From positions 157,154 through 221,153 of the forward strand of contig NW_004798018.1 of the NCBI RefSeq assembly GCF_000002075.1: DNA of 64,000 bases. Reading direction: 5' to 3'. Positions 37,001-52,000 of the stretch are shown one piece after another. The notes beneath the pieces are model-generated. The model had not been told where the DNA came from. It did no database searches and saw only the letters and a program-made list of their open reading frames with translations. The translations under genes and the position numbers were made by a program. Numbering within the stretch: position 1 is the first letter of the stretch; every line of letters starts with the position of its first letter. This stretch comes from Aplysia californica (Eukaryota).

Positions 37001-40000
37001 AAAATGAATTTCATTTCAACATTTCAATAAAACTGTAGTGGAGCAAGTAATAGTTTACTAACAATCATCATTGTAGCAGCTCCATTTTTCCAAAATGCCA
37101 ATTCAGACAACAGCAATACTTGAAGGAATGGAAAGAAACAGACCACACTGCACAGCCCTATAGTCAAGACCATGTAGAGGATATGTTGTCAATGGAGGAT
37201 ATGTTGTCAATACTTCTTGTCAATCTAGGATTGTGTTGGTGATGTTGACGCTTTTAAAAACAGACGACACATAATAACTCAAACAGTTTCTGACACAGAC
37301 GACAAATAACTGTTAATGGATCAGTTTTCCCTCACTCACCTGCCCCACCCAGCAGGCGACGTACGTCGGGTCCACACTCTGGGCTGACTTGAAGGCATCG
37401 TGAGCTAGCTACAAGGGGAAATAACACAGAAAAGTTCAAACAAATCAGAGAGAGAGGTGATCGGTTCTCAGAGCACACTCATTTATTTTTAGAAAGACAG
37501 TGAGACAAAATCAAAACATTAAATACGCTACGAGTGAAACAAGAATGAAATTCTATTTCTTGAAATGAAATGTACAGAATTACCACACTAACAGATGTTT
37601 TTATACCTCCTCGATAAAAGCAATCACTTCACAGGCCTAAACACATTCAGGGAGCTTCATGGATACGCTGCAAGTTTCTCACCACGTCGACTCCACAGGG
37701 AGGATGGATCAGATCGAGGTAAATCACAAAGTTGACAAAGTGATATCACTTTGATAATAATGATATGGTATGAGTTTCACTCCATTTTTAAGACTGTAAG
37801 GTCATTTAGGACACAGGGCATGAGAAACAAAAGAGATATTTCATTTTTCAAAATGAAAATTACACCATTACCACACTGAGAGATGTTTTTCTACCTCCTG
37901 GAAAAAAAATAATCACTTGACAGGCCTAAGCCCTTTCACGAAGGTTCATGGAAAAGCTGCAGCTTATCCATGAAGCTTCATCTTCAAAAGAACCACAAAG
38001 TACAGCCGTGGAGCCATGAAAACTCCTTATGCAACCCAAGTTCAAGAACGCTGCACTGAAGATCAGAACCAGGTTCATCTGTGCCACAGCCCAGCATGGC
38101 ACATCACCAGTCTCAATCATTAAAAATATTAACATCTTGAATACACTTCAAGGTACAACAGCAAACTTGCAGCACTCGAAATACAGGATTAAGCTGCAAA
38201 CCACAGAAATGTTGTTCTATGGGTGACAAATGCTTTGATACACTCGTTCCCCCAAACACCAAGAGAGATGCTGCCCTGTAAGTTAATCTTGCAGACTTAC
38301 CTTAATCTCTGACTGGCTTAAGTACAGTGCTCCTAGATTGCTCCAAGCCACAACATTCTGGATGAAAAAGACAAAAAATTATTAAGCTAAGTTACATTTG
38401 AATCCAAATTTTACTACATGAGATTTACAATTTTTAAAAAATTAAAGGAATGCATTTGCTCTTTAAATCTAATAATGAGCTTTCTAGACCAACCAAATAA
38501 AAACTGAAAGAATTGCATGCTCACTGAAAAAAAAACCCCGATGACCCAAACTTCAAACCTTACAATTTTTCTTAGGAGGGAAAAAAAACAACTTACAGAG
38601 CTTTCGCATCCGATGGACTTGATAAAGCAGTGCTGGGCTAGTCCAAGGTTTTCATCCTCTGAAAATAATTCAAACATTAATGAATGAATGAACAAAACTC
38701 ACAAAAACCAAAGCCAACAGTTGAGATTCAAACTCTGGTCACACACATCATATAATAGCATAACACTAACGGGGCATCTGTTAGCACGAAAATATGCTTA
38801 ACTATGCAAAACTCTTTCTTCTTTATACTTTATGTGAAAAATAATGTTATCAATCCAGTGTGTTGTCGTCATCCATCCAGATGAAAATAATAAAGATCCA
38901 CATTCAAACAGCCAATTCCCGTTCTGTGCATTCTCAAATAATATATGAACACCTATTCATAAATAGTAAAAAGGCATTAATAAACATGCTCTCTTCCCCC
39001 CCCCCCCTCAAAGCACACGCACACCCTTTTTTCCCTGACAAAAAGAGATGTTTAGTACACAAAAATATCCATAAATGCAATCAACAAAAGCTAACAAAAA
39101 CACAACAAAGACCAGTGCTATGAACTCACCTTTGCAGCAGGCCAGGACTCCCAGGATGTTCCAGTGTCTCCAGTCCTTGGGCTCGAGACTGAGGGCTTTC
39201 CTCACTGCCTGCTTGGCTCTCTGCAGCACTGCCAAACTCAACGTGACCTCGCCTGATGCGACCAGAACCTGGCTCTGTCGGTACAAGCTAATCCCAAGGT
39301 CGTGCCAGAGGGCACTCTGGTCTGGGAGGATCTTCACGGCTTGACTGTAGCACCTGTGGACGGATTGTAAATCATCAGCCATCTGTTTATTTGTACTAAG
39401 TTCAACCACCTCTTTGCCTGCCCAGCACTTAACAACCTGCATAGTGCCTACCTACCACCCTCCCCAGATATCGGAAATACTCTAAGCAGCCATAAAACAC
39501 AGCTGATAAAAACCTGTAAATTCTTTGTCATATTGACAGGCTGAAGGGCTAGAATTCAGATGGCTGCTGGATCGGACAAATAAGTAAAAAGTAAAGTATT
39601 TGTACTAAGCTCAAATTTTTTTAATTAAAAAATTCCAGTTTCTCAGTATGTGGTATCCGCTGCATATACTCATGGAACATTTTGACAAAATTCTAATTCT
39701 GATCACTAATGGTTGAAAAAAAGCAAGAAAAGATATGTAATGTAGGTATAATTGTAAAAACAAAATAAAACAGTTTTTCTCTCTCGATGAAACTTTTGCT
39801 TTTTGGGATTAGTACATTTGAACAGCTTGCCAACAAAAGGTATTCTGTCACCATTGATGCTGGTTAGATTATATGACAGATGGGCTGTTTCGACTGACCC
39901 TGTCTGTTCAGGCCAACCCAGTCTGCGTAGCATACAAATACACAATATTCCCCCCCAAAAAGAAAGGGAATACTATGTAAAATATCTTCCCCATAAGAGA

Positions 40001-43000
40001 CTCAAACTCAAATCCCATCAGAGCACTCACTGACCACTTGTAACTGGATACAAAAGAACAAAACAATATTCAGTTACTTTGCTGTGTTGAAAGTATTGGA
40101 GGGTGGAAAGTTTGGCATTTCAAACGCCTGTCCTTTATAAGAGGCATCATCCCCAGTGTGTGTTCAGAAAAGAATTTCAAACATGGTAATCCAGCAAGGC
40201 AATAGCAATAGTTCTCACTTTCCCTTTCTGATACAAATGTAATTATTAAAAGTCAATGCAAGGAAAGTACAGTAGAATGAAAGCATCACATCCTCACTCC
40301 AAGGCTTCTTAGATTTTTCAATTTAAAAAAGCCTAGGACTGTCATGAGAGACAAAATAAAGAAAGCTATCATAAATTTCAAAATGGAAAAATAAACCACA
40401 CAGTTATAAAGTCCAAGCCATTTATAAATAAGACAGAAATGTCTTTACCTTGCACCAATCTCCAAAAGCTGTTGCTTGTTGACAGTCTGTAGACCAGAGT
40501 CTGATGCACTCTTTCCGACAAGTTTTGCAGGAATTCTGAAAGACAAATAAACCTTTGTCAAGGACAAAGTTTGCTATTTTACAGGCTATATTTTTTCAAT
40601 CCACCCCCCCCAATAGAAAAGAGATGCACAAATCATATTCCCACCCCCCCCCCCCCCCCCCCCCTAATTTTTTTCTTCTAAAACAAAAAAAAAAATCCCC
40701 CAGAATATTTAGCTTGGAGCAAGATTTATTACATATCCATGAAAAAATAAAAATCTACTTTCCTTTTGAAGCTTTCCATGGTATGTCTTGAAGCACTCCC
40801 CTAAATACCTTGTAAAGCCACACACTCCCCTGCCCACCCCCCACCCCATCACTCCTTGAGGTATCTCGTCTCACCTGAAAGCGTCTGAGGCCAGGCAGTG
40901 TGTCAGTGTGCAGGCTTCTCCCATCAGTTTCCACAAACACGACAAGTCCGGCCTGTGGGCTGCTGCCCTGAAGATGGTGGGCACAGGAAGAGAAATCATA
41001 TCAAAAAATGTTTTCCAATTCAGACACCGACTCCAGTGCAATTTTGAAAGCACATTTGTTCATTTTCTTCACTATGTGCTTTGTAAGTAAACTGCAACAA
41101 TTTTTCTTTCTTTGAAAGAAGCATAAAAAGTTACGACAACATACAGGACTTGCAAGATTGTCTGATCCAGAGAATCTATTTTCACCTAATGACGGGAAAA
41201 ATATTCCTCCGCACAAGAGTAAATTCCCAAATGGGAAAAAAACTTCAAATGATAGAAAGTGAACAAACATTTCTTTTCATCAGTATACGCATGCAAATTA
41301 TCACTCAAATCTTAGGCATTGACAGTGCCATTCAGAGATCAAGTAAAATCATCTCAAACCTTTTCACTAAAATAAATCATTGTTCACCTTGTCAGATACA
41401 AGAGAGCTTCCTCAGCATAATCTTGAGCCAGCCCATCCAAACAACGACCGACGTTGTGTTTGGCCAGTTGTATGAGGGACTCACCCAAACCTTTAAGAAA
41501 AAAAGAAAGATACACATGATTTTTGCAAAAGAAATTTTTAAAAATTCAGTATGGAAATAAGCTACTCGTATCACTATCCATTTCACTACACGTGGTTGGG
41601 TGGATATAAATGGTCTGTGGTCCCACTTCCACCAACAGGAGACTAAACTACCCTGCTAAAGGGGTGCTGAGGTGCTTCTTGCACTCCACAACATCTTTGC
41701 CACAAGAATGGTATTTTTGTCCATGCTTACTTTTTTTTCAATGCGGCTCTCATTTATGCTGATCAGTTAAACGAGGGTCTGATCCAGCAAAAAAACAAAA
41801 ACAATCCAAAACAACCAACCAGATCCCAAAATCAGAGCAGTGTGGGACTCCAGCTGTAAGAGGACCTATTTACATCTACCAGATGTTTAAAAGTATAAAA
41901 AATAATCAATGTGTGGGTAAATAAATTTGCAACTGTAGTATTTCTTATTTGAATAACATTTTTAAAAACAAATTGTATTCTTACATGCTGTTTGAGAAAT
42001 TAATATTTATAAAATATATATTAAACTATCATTTCAATATTTCCCTGCTTAGATTTTCTTTCAACTTTCAAATATTGAGTTGTACAGACTGTCTTTATGC
42101 CTTAGATTTGAGAGAGAGTCAGTGACAGAGTCATCTCCTCCACCTGAGACCTTCACTGTGTCACTTTCTCCACTCACCCTTCAGAACAGGCACATAGTGA
42201 GCCGACATGCCAAGGACTTGCTTGTACTCCTGGACAGCCTCAGACAGGGACCCCAGGGTTTGCTTGATGCTGGCAATTCTGAAAGGGGCAACAGAATAGT
42301 CAACATTTTGTGCTTTCGTTAAAAAAAAAAAGAACAAAAGGCTTCTTCAAAGTCAAAACAAACTCCCCTCCAAGTCATCCTAGTATAAACAAAATCAGTA
42401 GCATAAACTGATTATTCACAGTTCACAGAAATAACCATGTCCAAAAAATACTTACTGATACTGACAGTAGAGAGACTCTGGGTCCAGCTGAGAAAAGTAA
42501 GAAAAACAAAATAAATCAGTGCTTTGCAATTAACAATACAAAAGACAGTAAAACTAGAATAATGTTTGCTTTTTCAATGTTTCTAGGGTCTAATCTTTTT
42601 TTCATTAAACTTTTGATATTCATCATTAAAAAAACCCCAATGTACCTGTTGTACTTGCTTTCCAAGTTTTCTTACATTCACAGAATGCTATCTTACATAG
42701 AAAAAGACAATTTCATTACAATATAATACAGGGTGCCCATTGCACAATCGAGTCGGATTGGGTCGACTTGCTAGCCAGATAGAGGGCACAAAGCGGCTAT
42801 CTTGGCACAAACCGATCGTCCAACTCGTCGCCTAAAAAACAAACCCATTTGTTTACAGGCGACGAGTCAGGCAATCGACCTGACCCGACCAATCCTATCC
42901 GCAACGGGCACCCAGTATAACATTACCACTGCCTTTTCACACACCAATAACAGTCCTACCTCAGATGCCTTGGTGAAAGCCTTTAGAGCAGCTGTGAAAC

Positions 43001-46000
43001 TTCCCCTCTGGAAGTAAGCGTCTGCCAGACACTCCCACACATGGCTGAAACAAAGGCAAAAAAATCATGAGAGGTCAAATCTGTCCTTTTAACGCAGTCA
43101 AACTATCTCCACTGAAGTTGAGGGGGTTGATAATCAAATTAATACTTTTCTCTTTATGAAAAAGTGGAATGAAGGGTGCCACAGTAATATTGTTTGTATA
43201 GAAGAATAATAATGATTCACGTAATACATGGGTGGGTGTGATCACTGGTAGCTAAAGGAATGGTAGCGATATTGTTAATATGAGCAAAAGTTATGGGTAT
43301 TGTATTTTTTAAACCATTAAAAATACTGCAATTAGCTTGATCTTTGCCTTGCAATGCCTCAAGTTCATGAAAATGTACGATGCCGACTAGTTTAAATTTT
43401 GTTAGTTAAAATGAATGATTTAGCCCCCAAAAAGCGATCAATAAAGCAGGTGATTGTTTTCACAGATTTTACAGTACTACTGAACATTCATGGGATAACT
43501 TCTCACTTGTCATTGGGGTCAGCTCGCAGTGCAGACTGTAGGGATGCGATGGCTGTGGTGGGATCCTCTTGTCTTGTCTGGTGCAGGCCTAGTCTCAGCC
43601 ACGCCCACTTGGCACTGGATATAACAAGAGAAGCAAAAAGGTTCATAGATCTGAAACATGACTTACAGCTATGAGGACTCACAATGTCACAACCTGATTA
43701 TAGAACAACAAACTGTCCAGAAAGTTTAAAAAAAAAAGTTTACCAAAGTAAGTGTCTGTCATTTGAAATAAAACTTGGACCTGTGGGACTGACATTATCA
43801 ATCGCTACACAGCACATGAAGAATGAAGATAAGAACAGACAAGTCATGATAAGATACACTTGATTGATCTTCAGCTAGAAGAGTCTGACAGTGTGTGTTT
43901 CGCCTGATTCTTAAACACAAAACATGAAAACACATCACAGCAACGCAAACACTTACAACTTACATCAAATCAACACCTATAGACACATTAGGGCAAACAA
44001 CCTCTCTCTCTCTCTTTTTCTCCCTGCCTCCCTCTGTATAGCTCGCTCTCTCTCTCTCTCTCTCTCTCATGTACAGCTGAGCTGCTGCATTATTCTCATG
44101 AAACTTCTTCTTTTAATACACATTCCCAGACCTTTGACCCTCCCAGTAATTCACCATACCAATCAACTCTCCAAGTAAAAGATCTCATGACCTTAGTGAG
44201 AAAATTCTGTATAGAGTTATTGATGTGACCAAACAAGAGGAACAGCATCTCTCCAATACACTGTCCCTCATTCTATCATTATAAGGTAGAGAAAAGGAGT
44301 AATAACCATTTTTCACAAATTCACACATTAAAAAAAAGCGCAAAATGTTATATACTGCTCCACATCAAACTCATATCATAAGTTCTATAAATTCCCCAAC
44401 TCAATTATCTAAATGACTAAAGATACTCAAAAAACTATCTACTTTCAGACAACATGAATTTATAAAATAACATCAGCTCAGTCAAAGTTGTAAGGAACAC
44501 CTTTCAATAATAAGTCACTGTCAGAAAGGGGGCTATGTTTATATGTCGGAGCACTAGCTTGAAAGATTTAAAAGAACAACCCAAAAACGACATACCATCC
44601 AGCAGCAGCTTTCGCAGTGACATTCTCCAATATCTTTATGGACTGGCTCTGAAACAAAATAAGCGACCAAGCATCTTTGACATTATGTCACACATCAGAA
44701 GAAAAAAACATGAAAACAAAACAGTAACAACGATAAAGAACATTTTAAGTCAAGAACCAACAATTCAACTCGCAGAGTAAGAACTGCTAAAAATAAGTTT
44801 CTTTGAGAACTCTCTATTAGAAGGATAAGGTAAGATAAGATAAGATAAGATAAGACTGGATAATATAAGATAGATAAGATAAGACACAATAAACTATACT
44901 GATCCACAAGGAAAATTTTTGAAGGATATACTGAACATCAACAACAAAAATTCAATATCAACACAGCAATGCACCCAGTACATTCCTGTTCAATGAAACA
45001 CTTATAACAATGACCAGTTCACCCACACAGCATACCCAAAATAGTGTGTCCATCCGCATGAACTCTNNNNNNNNNNNNNNNNNNNNNNNNNNNNNNNNNN
45101 NNNNNNNNNNNNNNNNNNNNNNNNNNNNNNNNNNNNNNNNNNNNNNNNNNNNNNNNNNNNNNNNNNNNNNNNNNNNNNNNNNNNNNNNNNNNNNNNNCCA
45201 CCCACACATTCACACACACACACACCCACACATGACAACAAAGAGCCCTCACCTCCTCCCCCAGCTCCATAAGTGTGTCCACGAGAGCAGAGCCAGGCTC
45301 GTCCTTCCCTCCACTGAGGTCGTACGCCTTCTGGTAGCATCGCCGCGCTTTCCTAAATTAGAGCAAACAAACATAGTTCTACTTTAAAATATTTTTTTGT
45401 TTTTGTTTTAGAAGAGGTTTTACGGCGCTCGCTACTGCATAAGGTCATATGAGTGCCAAGGGGTGGATATCAACAGAGAAGTCCATACAGGGAATCAGAC
45501 TTACTCTGCTCACTTCTCTAGCTTCAACAGCACAAAGTCTGCTTCGACTATGAAGGCATCCCAGAAATAGTGGGCCACAAGAGTGTGACAAACATAAAAA
45601 AGAAGTAGAGGAAAATGACGATAGTAAGGATTAGGAAAGAAAAAGCAGTAGTTCCCTGTTGTAGTTCAGGCAGTTATGAGCATGACATTGTTAGATCAGC
45701 CCATTTGCAATTCTACGGTGCATTAGAAAAAAAATGGTCTAAAGACACTTCAGTCAGTAGCACTACCCCGGGGGTTAAAGATTTTTAAAAACATTATTTT
45801 TTAGTAAGAGTTTTACGGAACTTGCAACACAATAAGGTCATATAAGTGCTGAAGATTAGAGGTGTTACAAGAGAGTAACAAACACAAAAAAGAAGGAGGA
45901 GAGATCATGCATATAGACGTTTGGTAGGAATGAAGGAGCAAACCACACAAGAGCACCTGCCAACCACCCACTTAAAAGATTTCAAGACAGTCAGAGCAAT

Positions 46001-49000
46001 TACAAACCATGAACACCATGCAGACTTAAAAATAAATATATATTAAGTAGGCACGAAAATGATACACCAATAAAGAAAACCTCTCCCAAACCTGTCAACA
46101 CTGGCAACATACATTAGCCTCTTACAGGTTGAGAGCATCACTCACACTATATAAATTTTTTTAATTTAAAATTTTGTACCAAATTATTATTTTCAGTTAC
46201 TGACCTATCATTATATCAGCATGGATTCCATATCATTACATTGCACACCCTTTGCTTAAAAAATGCATTAAATTCTTTTATATGTTGTTGTTACAAACAA
46301 ACAAATGTGAGGCAGCGTGGTGGAATCAGGCTCTCGTCAAAATAATCAAAGTGAAGAAACTTGCATTTTTCCTAAGGTTNNNNNNNNNNNNNNNNNNNNN
46401 NNNNNNNNNNNNNNNNNNNNNNNNNNNNNNNNNNNNNNNNNNNNNNNNNNNNNNNNNNNNNNNNNNNNNNNNNNNNNNNNNNNNNNNNNNNNNNNNNNNN
46501 NNNNNNNNNNNNNNNNNNNNNNNNNNNNNNNNNNNNNNNNNNNNNNNNNNNNNNNNNNNNNNNNNNNNNNNNNNNNNNNNNNNNNNNNNNNACAAAAATT
46601 GACGAGAGCCTGATTCCACCACGCTGCCTCACAAATAATACAAGCCCTCTCTCAAAGACTTGGTTTGAGACTTACACCTACTATGACAACGACAATAAAA
46701 TCATCTATGCCTATAATAATAGTAAAAATAAAAACAACAATAATAATAATTTTAAAAAACAACAACTGTAATGGAAAAAGAGATAATCTTTGAGTACTCA
46801 CACTGCATCTCCCTGTACTAGCTTGTAGAAGTGACCGATGTAAAGGAAACTCTCATAATTGTAGGGATCCAGCTTCGCAGCCTGAAATATATATGTTAAA
46901 TGATACACTCAAAATGGACAAAGACAAAAGGAACCTTAGATAGTAGAGAAGTCAAAACAAAAAAATCACGAGATAGAGAAAATTGGACTGTTAAGAGAGG
47001 CCACTGCAGAGGCTAAATTTTTTTAGCACTTTGTGATCAATATTTTACACGCACATACAGTGTAAGACTAAAAAAACTCCCCGTTTCCTGGAAAAATCTA
47101 ACAATGCTGAAGGCTTGAGATGACTTCTGACTTTCTTACTTATTACAATATCAGAGTAAGTTGCCCATGTATTATGAGAAAGAGTTTTAGCTCTGAGATC
47201 GAACAAAACTCACCCAAAGAGACCCACTAACCTTAAGCAAAGTGGTAAAACACTGCTGTATGTTGAGGTTCATTTCCTTGGAGTCTCTCAGTTCCCACAG
47301 TAGTTTTCCTAGCTGCAGCGTGGCCACAGCATCCTCTGGATCACTCGCCACTGCGTCTTGCAGTCTTTGAATACAAGGAAAAATAATGTTTTCTTCTTTC
47401 TTCTTCCTCGTTCTCGAACAAATAATGTTTTGATTCTCCAGTACACAATCACACGCTTCAGGTTAAAGAGAACCACATTCAAAATGGCTTACATTGCATA
47501 CAGAAGGGTATAAAACGTTTACAAAACTCTACTGTTGCAATATATATATATATATATATACATAAAATAGAAATGAAGAAAAATCAGTTGTAAAACATAA
47601 CCTTAAATTTCAAACAGGAAATCTTTATGCTTCCTCAACTTAAATGAAACCTACAAAAGGTGAGGTTTTTTCTCCTCTAATTTTCAAGTTGAAAAGGTAA
47701 TCGGATACAAAATTTGCACAGGCTAGGAAAGTTGTTTAATTTAAAGCTTTAAAAATTTCTTAATGTAACTAGAAAATGGCCTTTTTGACTTACTGTTTCA
47801 AAGCTTCAGTTTGCTGTCCTTTTTCAACTTGGATGAGGGCTCTCAAGATCTTCGATGAGTTCTGGTCCGCTGGCAAATTCTTTGCACATTCCTGACAATA
47901 CGAAAAGCAGAGTCATTTGAAATGAGACATTTCCGGAAATACATTCAACAACAGACACTGCCCAGTCAGGCTGATGAACACACAGCTTAGAAAATAAATG
48001 TATCAGAGCCAGAATATAATTTCAAATTCTTTCCCACTTTCCTTTATCGTCTCATTTTCAAAATCTGTTGTATTTGGCGACTCACCTCAGCATCTTCCAG
48101 CTCCCCTTGATCCAGCTTGATGTAAGCTCTGGTGAGAGATGCTTGCGCTGGGAACTGTTCCTGAACCTGTGGGGTTAGGAAGACATTGATGTGAGCGACT
48201 GATGTCTCAACACAGAAGCAGGAGATCTCTGCCACGGGATGCTAATGTGGGGAAAATAGAACTAAAAAAAAACACAGGTCCATTACAGCGAGCTAGACTA
48301 AAATTACCTGAAAACTTTATAGAGACTCTACTAGATCACACAATAGCTGTTTGATTTTGCAACCGGATGTAAATAAGGGGAAAATGCAACTTACAAAAGT
48401 AGGACCATTACAGCAAGCCAAATTAAAATTACCTGACAACTTCATAAGGACTTTCCTTGATTACACAATAGCTGTTTCATTTTGAAACAGGATGTAAATA
48501 TGGGAAAAAAGCAACTTTAACAGCAAATAAGATTAAAATTACCTGACAACTTCATAAGGACTTTACTTGATCACTCAATAACTGGAAAATTTGCGTAAAC
48601 TTGTTTATGTAGTGTTAATCAAAAAGATTTTTTAAAATGATAATATTAATTAAGTACCCATAATGACTATCAATGGACACACCCTATACAAAATGTCTTC
48701 TGATTACAAATCTCAGGCCATCCTTGCAGCTGGGTAAAAAGCTTTATAGTGCACTTCAGCTTAATTTGTTACTGTAAAAATAAAATGAATGCTGTCTGTA
48801 AATCTGAGTCAATCTCAGGAAAAAACATATATATACAAGATAAAAGGCCATTAGAACAGGAAAAGAGAGACAGCCAGACAGATAAAAACAACAGAGTAGA
48901 ACGTACTGGTGAGCGTCCTCTTGCAATACGCCTTTAGAACATTTTAATAAAAAGACATGAATGAATCCCTGTCAAAAAAAAACAACCCCACCTCGTCCAG

Positions 49001-52000
49001 GATAGCCAGTGCTTTCTCAAAGGCATCAGCCGTGCCGATCTCCCTGTGGGCAGCGGCCTGAACCAGCTGGAACTGACGCACGACACTTGAGGTAGGGGCA
49101 CACAGGACACGCCGGGCGGAGTTACACGCTGCTATGCCTGGGGGTTGGGGAGAGGGAGGTGAAGTGGTCATTATTAACTGGTTATTTTGTTGTTTTTGAG
49201 ATTTTGAGCAGTTGCAGTTCTTGTCGCAGCGTATTCAGAGCAATGACAAAAATATTTCATCTCAAGAGGTCTCAGCATGTATTTCTTTGCAGGAGCACAA
49301 GCCTATCCATTCTGTCCTTTCTAACATCTGATACTTTTTCCAACTATAAAATAGAGTGATCTATAATTGGAGTTTTAAAAAACCCCTTCATTTAGGCATT
49401 TGTAAAATTCAAAGAAAAAATGGAACATAATTTTACATCAATACAAACATTGTTTGCCATGCAGTCCGAGTCCTTGAAAGAGCACAGATGTTCCTTACTG
49501 GACACAAGTCTAGCATAAACAGCTAAGCTGAGACATACCTTTTTCGCAAACTCTAAGGCATTTCTCATAGGAATGCAGACAGAGGTGAGCCCTGCTCAGG
49601 TAGTACAGTCCACTTATACACTCATCATTTGCATCTGAAAAGAGAGATTGGAAATATGTTCACAAAATAAAAGATTTATACTTATTATGGGAATGATATA
49701 ATTATATGCAGTGGAGTAGAATTGTGGTTTACAGCCAGCCACATTTCACCAGCAACATACTATGGCAAAAGAAACACTGTCAAGAAGCAGACCTTATGAC
49801 AGCAAAAAGCCCACCAACAATCAGACCACAAATATATATAATTATATGACATCAGTCAGTTCTATAGACAATTAAACTAACACACAAATAATCCCAACGA
49901 AGCATTTTGAGAAAGCAAGTGAGGGACAATGCCTAACTCTGGCAAAGAATGTTGTCTCCCACATTGTGTCTACTGGGTGTCAAACTGAGCCAATACAAAT
50001 TACCTTGAAGAAAATCTCTAGCCTGCATCCCATTTCGGAGCCTGATGGCTTGAAACGCTGAACCCACTTTGGCTATGACTGAGGAAGGTTTCAGTGTCAG
50101 TAGCTCAGCCGTCAAGTCCTTGATTTTCTCAACAGTTTCTGCAGGTGGAGAGCTGTCACCTGAAAGGAAAATATCATTTTCACCACAGAAAAAAGTGTGG
50201 GAAAAACAAAACAAATAAAACATGTAACTTTACAAAAGGGAATTCATTCCTTTTTTACAATGATCTAAAAAAACCCAGATACTCAGAATACATTTGGTAT
50301 ATTTGATCACTGCTTTTGATTGTAGGTTGTTTTTTTTTCAGTTCAAAGTGTATGTTCATACATGTGTACTCACCTCCAACTCAAATGAATAGCTTAGTCA
50401 TTCACAAATGAAGGATTTTTTGTGTATGCCAGAAGTGTTGTGACATAGAGAAAACAACAGTAATTGTTGGGGGGAAAAACTATAGAGATATATATATACT
50501 TTTTGGAAATTCAGACGATGCAGCATTCCAAAATGGATCTTGTATTTCTATCTTCAAACACTGAGCAGAAATAATGAATTGTCAGGAGGATTTAGATGAT
50601 GATATTTGATTCTCCACAGTAGAGTTTGGTGGACCTGTATGAAAGCAACATGTTCTATAAATAAAACACAAAACACAAACCTATGCTCTCATCAATATAG
50701 CACTGCAGAAGAAGTTCCAAGGGTGGAGAAGCATTGGGAAACCTTTGTCTCAAGCTGTTACAGCTTTCTCTCAAAACTTCTGTTTTTTTCTGTAGACAAC
50801 CATAAAACATGTTTAATACATAGCATAATCATCCCACTGACAAAAAGGTGAAGAAAGCATATTTCAAATAATGGTAATTATAACATTCTAAGCAAAGGAA
50901 AAGTGACTTTTGTGGATTAATGCGATAAGGACGTGTGATTTTGTTCCAAAGGTCAGAAAGGGGTAAAAATGAAATGAAGAATGGTTAAACTTAACACAGT
51001 AGAGTAGACTACCACCACCTACTCAGCAAGCTCCTTTCAATCATCCTTAGACAGTGACTGGACAAAGACGTCCAATGTGACTTATTGGTTGTTCTAGTAT
51101 ATCCCTCGATAACATTCCGTGCGTCTTGATCAAGTGAATACTTTTTGTATACTTGAAGCAAACTACAAAGAACATCAAGTAATCCTGATACAAACATGAT
51201 AGATGATGTTGTTTCCCATGATAAGTACAGTGGGAAAAGAGACAGGGGGCACAGATGCTAGGTTCAGACGAGCTAATTATAAGTTCTGCAACCTCTGACA
51301 TCTCTGCAAGTATTATGAGGAAGACAAATATGTACAAAAATCATGTTAATCTTTGAATGGAAGGATTCCCCCCTGGTAATATAGTCCATATGTATCATTT
51401 GAGTTTCACCTGTGAAGTGATAACCAGCAGCAGCTGAGTAAAGTTGTCAACTTCCTCTGGGGTTAAAACTGATGAATCGTCCAGAACATCTTTGAGAGCC
51501 TTTTCATACTAAGTAGAAGAAAAAAAGAAATGTATTACGTCACTCACAAGGCACTTCTCAGCAGTAACATACCGCATATTGACTTAATTTGTTTTATGTT
51601 CCAGTAAGAGTTGACCCCGGCACCCGCCGACCACCTGTGAGAATTGATTTCATATGGCACACCATAAAGATTTACAATAAAGATGGACTGTAAAAACACA
51701 ACACCATACTCATCAACACAATTAAGTAAAACATTTCAGACATAGGCTGTTTTGACCCAGCCAATCAAGGCTGATGCACCATTGCCAACTGCCACAGTTT
51801 GAGCTAAGGTTCCTTCTCAAGACCACAGCCAATTATCTCCAATCCAAAAGCAGGGTCACCAACATTGCTTGATAATATCAACCTGAGTTCACTTACCACT
51901 TGACTACTAGAGCCCTCACATATGTTCCATGTGACAATCATATCCCTCTATGAGTTATATAAGAACTCTTGATTTTTCCTATTTATGTTAGCTTCACATA

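Noticed and set aside
42512-42632. C/D-box snoRNA candidate (TGATGA...CTGA, minus strand)
   Set aside because: The CTGA is ~27 nt from the 3' splice site (likely the branch point); no convincing terminal stem or rRNA guide
51009-51337. Protein-looking ORFs in TTC37 intron 6
   Set aside because: Exons 6 and 7 join in phase without them, the nearest acceptor reads into a stop in phase 0, and no homology is recognised
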